From contig OZ244207.1 of NCBI GenBank assembly GCA_965216875.1, positions 8,064,001 through 8,128,000 of the forward strand: a stretch of DNA of 64,000 nt, written 5' to 3'. The position numbers and the translations under genes are program-made. Position 1 is the first letter of the stretch. Each line of letters starts with the position of its first letter. The DNA is from Rubripirellula sp. Lineage in GTDB: Bacteria; Planctomycetota; Planctomycetia; Pirellulales; Pirellulaceae. The notes below the pieces were generated by a model. It saw nothing but the letters and a program-made list of their open reading frames with translations. It searched no databases and had not been told where the DNA came from. Below, piece by piece: positions 59,298 to 64,000 of this stretch.

Positions 59298-60095
59298 GAG
59301 CTAACGCGGGGACGAGCTAACGCGGGGACGAGCTAACGCGGGGACAGAGCACGAACGTCTCCGTCTCGATTGCCCTCTAACATGAGCGACTGCATGGGAA
59401 GAATTGACAAAAAGATGGAGGGCAAAAAGATGAGGAAAAAGAGGAATGGGCGTAGCTCGTAAACTGTCGGTGCTCTGCCCCCGGATGGCGCGCCGTCGCG
59501 GGGACGGTTGGCGTCGCGGGAAAATGTGCTCTGTCCCCGTTGCAGGGAGAGGGGGCTCTGTTCCCGGATGGCACGTTCGAACGGTCGCTGGTTCGCGTCA
59601 AGAACCAAACTTGGGGACAGGAACCAAACTTGGGGACAGAGCACTTCAACCAAACTTGGGGACAGAGCACTTCCTAAGATTTGGCGTGATAGCAATCGTG
59701 GTGCTTCGAGGATACCTCCTACTTCGGTGCGCGTCTTGGACGACAGGTTGGCCGAGAAAAACACGACAAGACGCAAAGAGCTACCGAGAGAACTCGCGAG
59801 CGTTCGTGCTCTGTCCCCGTCTCGATTGCCAAAAGATGAGGAAAAAGAGGAATGGGGATAGCTCGTCAACTGTCGGTGCTCTGTCCCCGTTGCAGGGAGA
59901 TGGGTGCTCTGGCCCCGGATGGCGCGCTGAATAATTGCTGTCTATCTGCGTCTATCCGTGTTTATTGGCGGTCTATTTTGCCCGCTTCGAACTAGAGAAA
60001 TCAAATATCTCGGAGTACCTACACCGCAGGTTAGCCACGGACAGTGCTCTGTCCCCGTCGCAGGGAGATGGGAGCTCTGTCCCCGAATGGCGCGG
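59298..60095. repeat. Right GGGGACAGAGCAC repeat field with modular duplications
   Basis: 16-bp x3 at 59298-59345; 19/26/26-bp units at 59603-59673; ~50-bp module at 59526, 59876, 60044; further minus-strand copies at 59470, 59806. Confidence 0.9.
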
Positions 60096-60169
60096 ATGGT
60101 GTCAGTGATCCATGGGGACTCGTTGCCTCGTCCACTACCAAAGAGACGCCATGAAAAACACGATAGCGT

Positions 60170-62038
60170 CTACAATCGCTCGACGTAGACGTAGTACGCA
60201 CCGCAAATTGGGGTTCCTTGATGGTCGAGGAAGGTTGCTTGGAGTTCGATGTCTTGCGGCGCTAGGGCTGCAACCGTTGAAAACGACTGCATGTCTTGGT
60301 TTGGCAAAAGCTCTATGCTCGTTTCTGCGATGGTCAGCGTTGCCGACGAGATGGGCAGCGATTTGCCTTGGACATAAACGCCGTCAGTCACTTTCGTCGC
60401 TGGAAGACTGGCGGTTAAGGTGAGTTGCGATTCACGGGGCCAACGACGTAGTTCAAATCGATAGCGTCCGGCTTGGGCGACTCGCACATGGAAGACACCA
60501 ATTTTGCGCTCGCCACGACGCACTTGGAGTTGCTGGTCGACAAAAACGTCGAGCCACTCACATGCAGTCAGCAGCATTGGGTTTTCGGCATCATCGCCAA
60601 TGACCACACGTTGCGGCGTCATGACGTCGGTTCTCACACCCTCCCACCAACGGTCAAGATGTGCACGCATCTTGGCAACGATTTCAGGATGCATGGTGGC
60701 GACGTCGTGGTCTTGGTGTGGGTCCGATGCGATGTTGTAAAGTCTGCGATTCTCGAGCAGTCGCCAGTTCTTCCATAACACGCCCGCACCATCTTTTTGT
60801 GGGATTGCCGGATTGCCAGCGGTGTAACTCACTTTGAACTGTGGCATTCGGCTGTAGTTGACCACGAGCATGCGATCATCAAGTGAATCGCGGTGGCCAC
60901 GAAAGATGGGTGCGAGGCTTTCGCCATCCAATTGGTCGGGAACGGAGGCGATACCGCAAAGGTCCGACAACGTCGGCAGAAGGTCCTGCACGTGACTGAG
61001 TTGGGCAATCTCACGCGGCTTGCCAATAGGGCCGTTTGGCCATCGAATGAAACAGGGAACGCGATGTCCGCCTTCCCACAATTGTGTTTTCTTTCCTCGC
61101 ATCCCTGCGTTGAAATAGTCTTGCCCCATGGTGCTGCCGTTGTCGGTAAGAAACACAACGATGGTGTTTTCGAACAATGCCGACTCTTTCAGAAACGCAT
61201 CGAGTCGGCCCACATTGGCGTCGATGTTGGCTCCCATTGCGAGAAAACTGACCAGGGATTCGATCTTCCCTTTCGACAAGTGCTTCACGACATCGGGATG
61301 TGCTTTGATCGATTCGCGGATTGGCGCACGGTAGTGGTTGGGAACGAACCAGGGCCAGTGGGCGGCATTAAGCGCGATGTACGTAAAAAACGGTTGGTCA
61401 GCGTCTTGTCCCATCCACTTGTTGGCTTCTTCGAAAAAGACATCGGTGCAATAGCCGTCGTACCGTTGTCGAGTTCCATTGTGAATGTACGTGTCGTCGA
61501 AGTAATCGTTGTCCCAGAAGTCGGGTACGCTATTGATGTGCGAGGTAGGAAACCAAAGCGTTTCATCGAACCCGCGGTCGCTGGGCCGAAAGGGATAGTT
61601 GTCACCTAAGTGCCACTTTCCAAAAATCCCGGTCCGATACCCCGCCTCTTGGAAAACGTTGGCAAGCGTTTTCAAATCGTGTTTGAGAAGTGTGCGTCCG
61701 CTGCTGACGTTGATCGCCGCATTTCGAAACGCGTCGACGCCGGTCAGCAGTTGACCACGGGTCGGCGTGCACATCGGAGCGACATGGAAGTCGGTCAGCC
61801 GAATCGATTGGGACGCCAAGTGGTCGATGTTGGGCGTCTGTGCGATCGGATTGCCATTGCACGAGAACTCACCATAACCTTGGTCGTCGGTCATGACGAC
61901 AATCACATTGGGACGCGGACCACTCGCATCCAGCTTCACTTGATGTTGAGGTAGCGGCTGTTGGGAGGGCAACTGTTGGCAAACAAACGAACTCGCGCAG
62001 AAACACACCAGCGCAATAATGTGTCGAAGGATTTGCAT
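60170..62038 (-). CDS. Arylsulfatase (Cys-type), secreted
   Basis: PNVIVVMTDDQGYG, CTPTRGQLLTG, GKWHLG, TDNG, WEGGHRVP. Start at ATG 62038; the ORF is open to 62095. Confidence 0.94.
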   Translation of the reverse strand: MQILRHIIALVCFCASSFVCQQLPSQQPLPQHQVKLDASGPRPNVIVVMTDDQGYGEFSCNGNPIAQTPNIDHLASQSIRLTDFHVAPMCTPTRGQLLTGVDAFRNAAINVSSGRTLLKHDLKTLANVFQEAGYRTGIFGKWHLGDNYPFRPSDRGFDETLWFPTSHINSVPDFWDNDYFDDTYIHNGTRQRYDGYCTDVFFEEANKWMGQDADQPFFTYIALNAAHWPWFVPNHYRAPIRESIKAHPDVVKHLSKGKIESLVSFLAMGANIDANVGRLDAFLKESALFENTIVVFLTDNGSTMGQDYFNAGMRGKKTQLWEGGHRVPCFIRWPNGPIGKPREIAQLSHVQDLLPTLSDLCGIASVPDQLDGESLAPIFRGHRDSLDDRMLVVNYSRMPQFKVSYTAGNPAIPQKDGAGVLWKNWRLLENRRLYNIASDPHQDHDVATMHPEIVAKMRAHLDRWWEGVRTDVMTPQRVVIGDDAENPMLLTACEWLDVFVDQQLQVRRGERKIGVFHVRVAQAGRYRFELRRWPRESQLTLTASLPATKVTDGVYVQGKSLPISSATLTIAETSIELLPNQDMQSFSTVAALAPQDIELQATFLDHQGTPICGAYYVYVERL

Positions 62039-62116
62039 GACATTCGCTCCAATCAATGCGCTCACGCCAGCGTGGGATGTATACCCGCTCGGCATGCTGA
62101 CGTGACGCGTGTTTTG

Positions 62117-63166
62117 CTAAGTACGAGGTGGTTGGCTGACGAGTGATCTTTGAGCTTCAATGACACGAATCGCTTGTTCGTCACTCATCTTCAGGTAGCG
62201 ATCACGTCCATTGGAATCGGGGTGGAACTGCGTGAAGCCGTCTTCGTCGACGGTAACGGTGCCTCGTGGTGAGAGGTCGAAATACGAATCATTGGGGCGG
62301 ACCGCATAGAGAACACTCGTCAAATCCCAAGTGGGGCGATCGTGGTTCGGGCCGCTGTGCAGCAGGTAGGATTCGCGGACGATGTGATGGTGGCGATATC
62401 GAAAATCGCGGGCGATGCTCTCGCGCGGATAGGGGGCTGCGATTCCAATAAGAAAGTCGCTCCAAATCACCGGCACGTCAGCAGGCCAGTTGGAGGCGAA
62501 CCGTTGCATCGACCCGATGCCGTTGCGCACGTTGGCTTCAAGGTAATGGTCGTTCTCTCCAACTGGGCGAAACGCTCCCGCCATCACACTGACAAGTCGT
62601 ACCTTTTGACGAACCAATTCGATTCCCGATAGCGGGCTGAGGTCGTCGGGTTCCGATGCGATCAGGCTGGCAAGGTTTGCCGCCAGTCCGACCTGAATCA
62701 CCGTGATCGAACGGTCATCGGCTGACGCAAGGACGGACCGAAGCAGTCGGGTCGCCTCGGGGGCGGCACCGGTTTTCAAATCATGTGGATAACGCCATTG
62801 GTCGCCATCTTTGTGTTCGACCAGCTTGAGGTATTTGCTTTGGCGGCGCTGGGCATCTTTGGTCACACCGATTGGTATATCGGGGCGGCCGTAAAAGGTG
62901 TTGACCGCATCGACAAAGGGAGCCGCCAGCGGATTGATTTTCGACACCGTCACCGCCTCGATCACACACTCCCCGCGGTCGGCCAATGTGTGCAGCATTG
63001 CCAACGCGAGTACATCATCAACATCACCCGTGATGTCGGTGTCGAAAACGACGCGGACAGGGGACACGACTGCATCCTCGGCGACCGCAAGGTTTCCAAT
63101 TAAGGCGAATGACAGTAGCAAACTGAGCCACGTCACAAATGAACGATCATGTTGATGGTCAAACAT
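62117..63166 (-). CDS. Nucleoside hydrolase (IUNH family), secreted
   Basis: VFDTDITGDVDDVLAL, DIPIG, VMAG, EANV, RPTWD; signal peptide. Confidence 0.88.
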   Translation of the reverse strand: MFDHQHDRSFVTWLSLLLSFALIGNLAVAEDAVVSPVRVVFDTDITGDVDDVLALAMLHTLADRGECVIEAVTVSKINPLAAPFVDAVNTFYGRPDIPIGVTKDAQRRQSKYLKLVEHKDGDQWRYPHDLKTGAAPEATRLLRSVLASADDRSITVIQVGLAANLASLIASEPDDLSPLSGIELVRQKVRLVSVMAGAFRPVGENDHYLEANVRNGIGSMQRFASNWPADVPVIWSDFLIGIAAPYPRESIARDFRYRHHHIVRESYLLHSGPNHDRPTWDLTSVLYAVRPNDSYFDLSPRGTVTVDEDGFTQFHPDSNGRDRYLKMSDEQAIRVIEAQRSLVSQPPRT

Positions 63167-64000
63167 TGTCTCTTCTCCAGCGGCTTCTTAGGGCGTCGAG
63201 CAGTACGGCAACGACGATGACGGCTCCGGTGATGATTTGCTTGTTTGCATCGGAGACGCCGATCTGGGCGAGCCCGGTTTGCAGCACTGCAATGATCAGG
63301 ACACCAATGAACGAACTGATCACATTGCCGCGGCCGCCCATCAGACTTGTGCCACCGATCACGCAGGCGGCGATCGCTGAGAGTTCAATTCCAATCGCGG
63401 CATTCGGATCGGCCGACGACAGTCGCGAAGTTTGGGCCAGCCCCGCCAATCCGCAAAGCAATCCGCTGATTGCGAACACCGTGATCGAGTAAGGAGCGGT
63501 TCGGATGCCCGACATGCGAACCGCTTCTGCGTTGGTGCCGATCGCGACGCAGTACCTTCCGAAGATCGTTCGCGTCAGAAGGAATTGACCAGCAAGCACG
63601 GCTGCAATGGCCAACACAAACGCTGGTGAAACCATGATGCCAGGCAGCGGCTGGCCGATCGGTTCCACTGCCGATCCTATGTACTTTGTCTGAGAATCGG
63701 TGACGAGCTTTGTCGCGCCACGCGCCATCTCGAGCATGCCGAGTGTCACGATGAACGAAGGAATCCGAAAAGCGATCGACACACAACCACTTGCGAGACC
63801 ACAGAGGGCACCGGTCATCAAACAAAACGGAATCGCGAGTCCGAGCGACCAACCTCGATCGACCATCAGCGATCCAAGGACGGCCGAAGACAAGGCGAGA
63901 ACTGAGCCGACTGACAAATCGATTCCGCCCACGATCAAGACCAGGGTCATGCCGACGGCGATGAAGGTGAGGTCGGGGATCTGGTTCGCGATCGAAACGA
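63159..64000 (-). CDS. Sugar/nucleoside ABC transporter permease (RbsC-like), 5' end outside window
   Basis: GMTLVLIVGGIDLSVGS, IPSFIVTLG, AIGTNAEAVRMSGI, ELSAIAACVIGGTSL. Frame is open to the window edge (VSIANQIPDLTFIAVGM). Confidence 0.92.
   Translation of the reverse strand, partial: VSIANQIPDLTFIAVGMTLVLIVGGIDLSVGSVLALSSAVLGSLMVDRGWSLGLAIPFCLMTGALCGLASGCVSIAFRIPSFIVTLGMLEMARGATKLVTDSQTKYIGSAVEPIGQPLPGIMVSPAFVLAIAAVLAGQFLLTRTIFGRYCVAIGTNAEAVRMSGIRTAPYSITVFAISGLLCGLAGLAQTSRLSSADPNAAIGIELSAIAACVIGGTSLMGGRGNVISSFIGVLIIAVLQTGLAQIGVSDANKQIITGAVIVVAVLLDALRSRWRRDNV

Overview
A gene-dense chromosomal window from a planctomycete (Pirellulaceae-like, judged from the DUF1501/DUF1549/DUF1553/PSCyt1 genes, sulfatases and Ser/Thr kinase-FGE fusion). 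It holds about 40 CDS. These include a partial COG0523 GTPase missed by the ORF track, yggS, a receiver + HD-GYP pair, an Rrf2 regulator divergent from two CxxCH proteins with twin palindromic boxes between them, a ~16 kb MoxR/DUF58/BatA operon ending in a GH16 beta-agarase-like gene, a PTPMT1-like phosphatase, dprA, lptB, lepB, a DUF1501 operon, and a nucleoside hydrolase with an ABC permease. Two observations stand out. (1) Two apparently separate ORFs at 49580-50530 form one in-frame DUF3179 gene with TGA in a W-U-H-L-C motif followed by a SECIS-like hairpin, making it a probable selenoprotein. (2) An intact HUH Y1 (RAYT/TnpA-REP-like) gene at 56927-57991 is surrounded by more than 25 exact or near copies of GGGGACAGAGCAC, with several independent tandem duplications anchored on that motif and a secreted cargo gene inside the repeat field. 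Other REP-like repeat families occupy intergenic regions. No rRNA, tRNA or true CRISPR array was found. All family assignments come from motif recognition by eye, not database searches.
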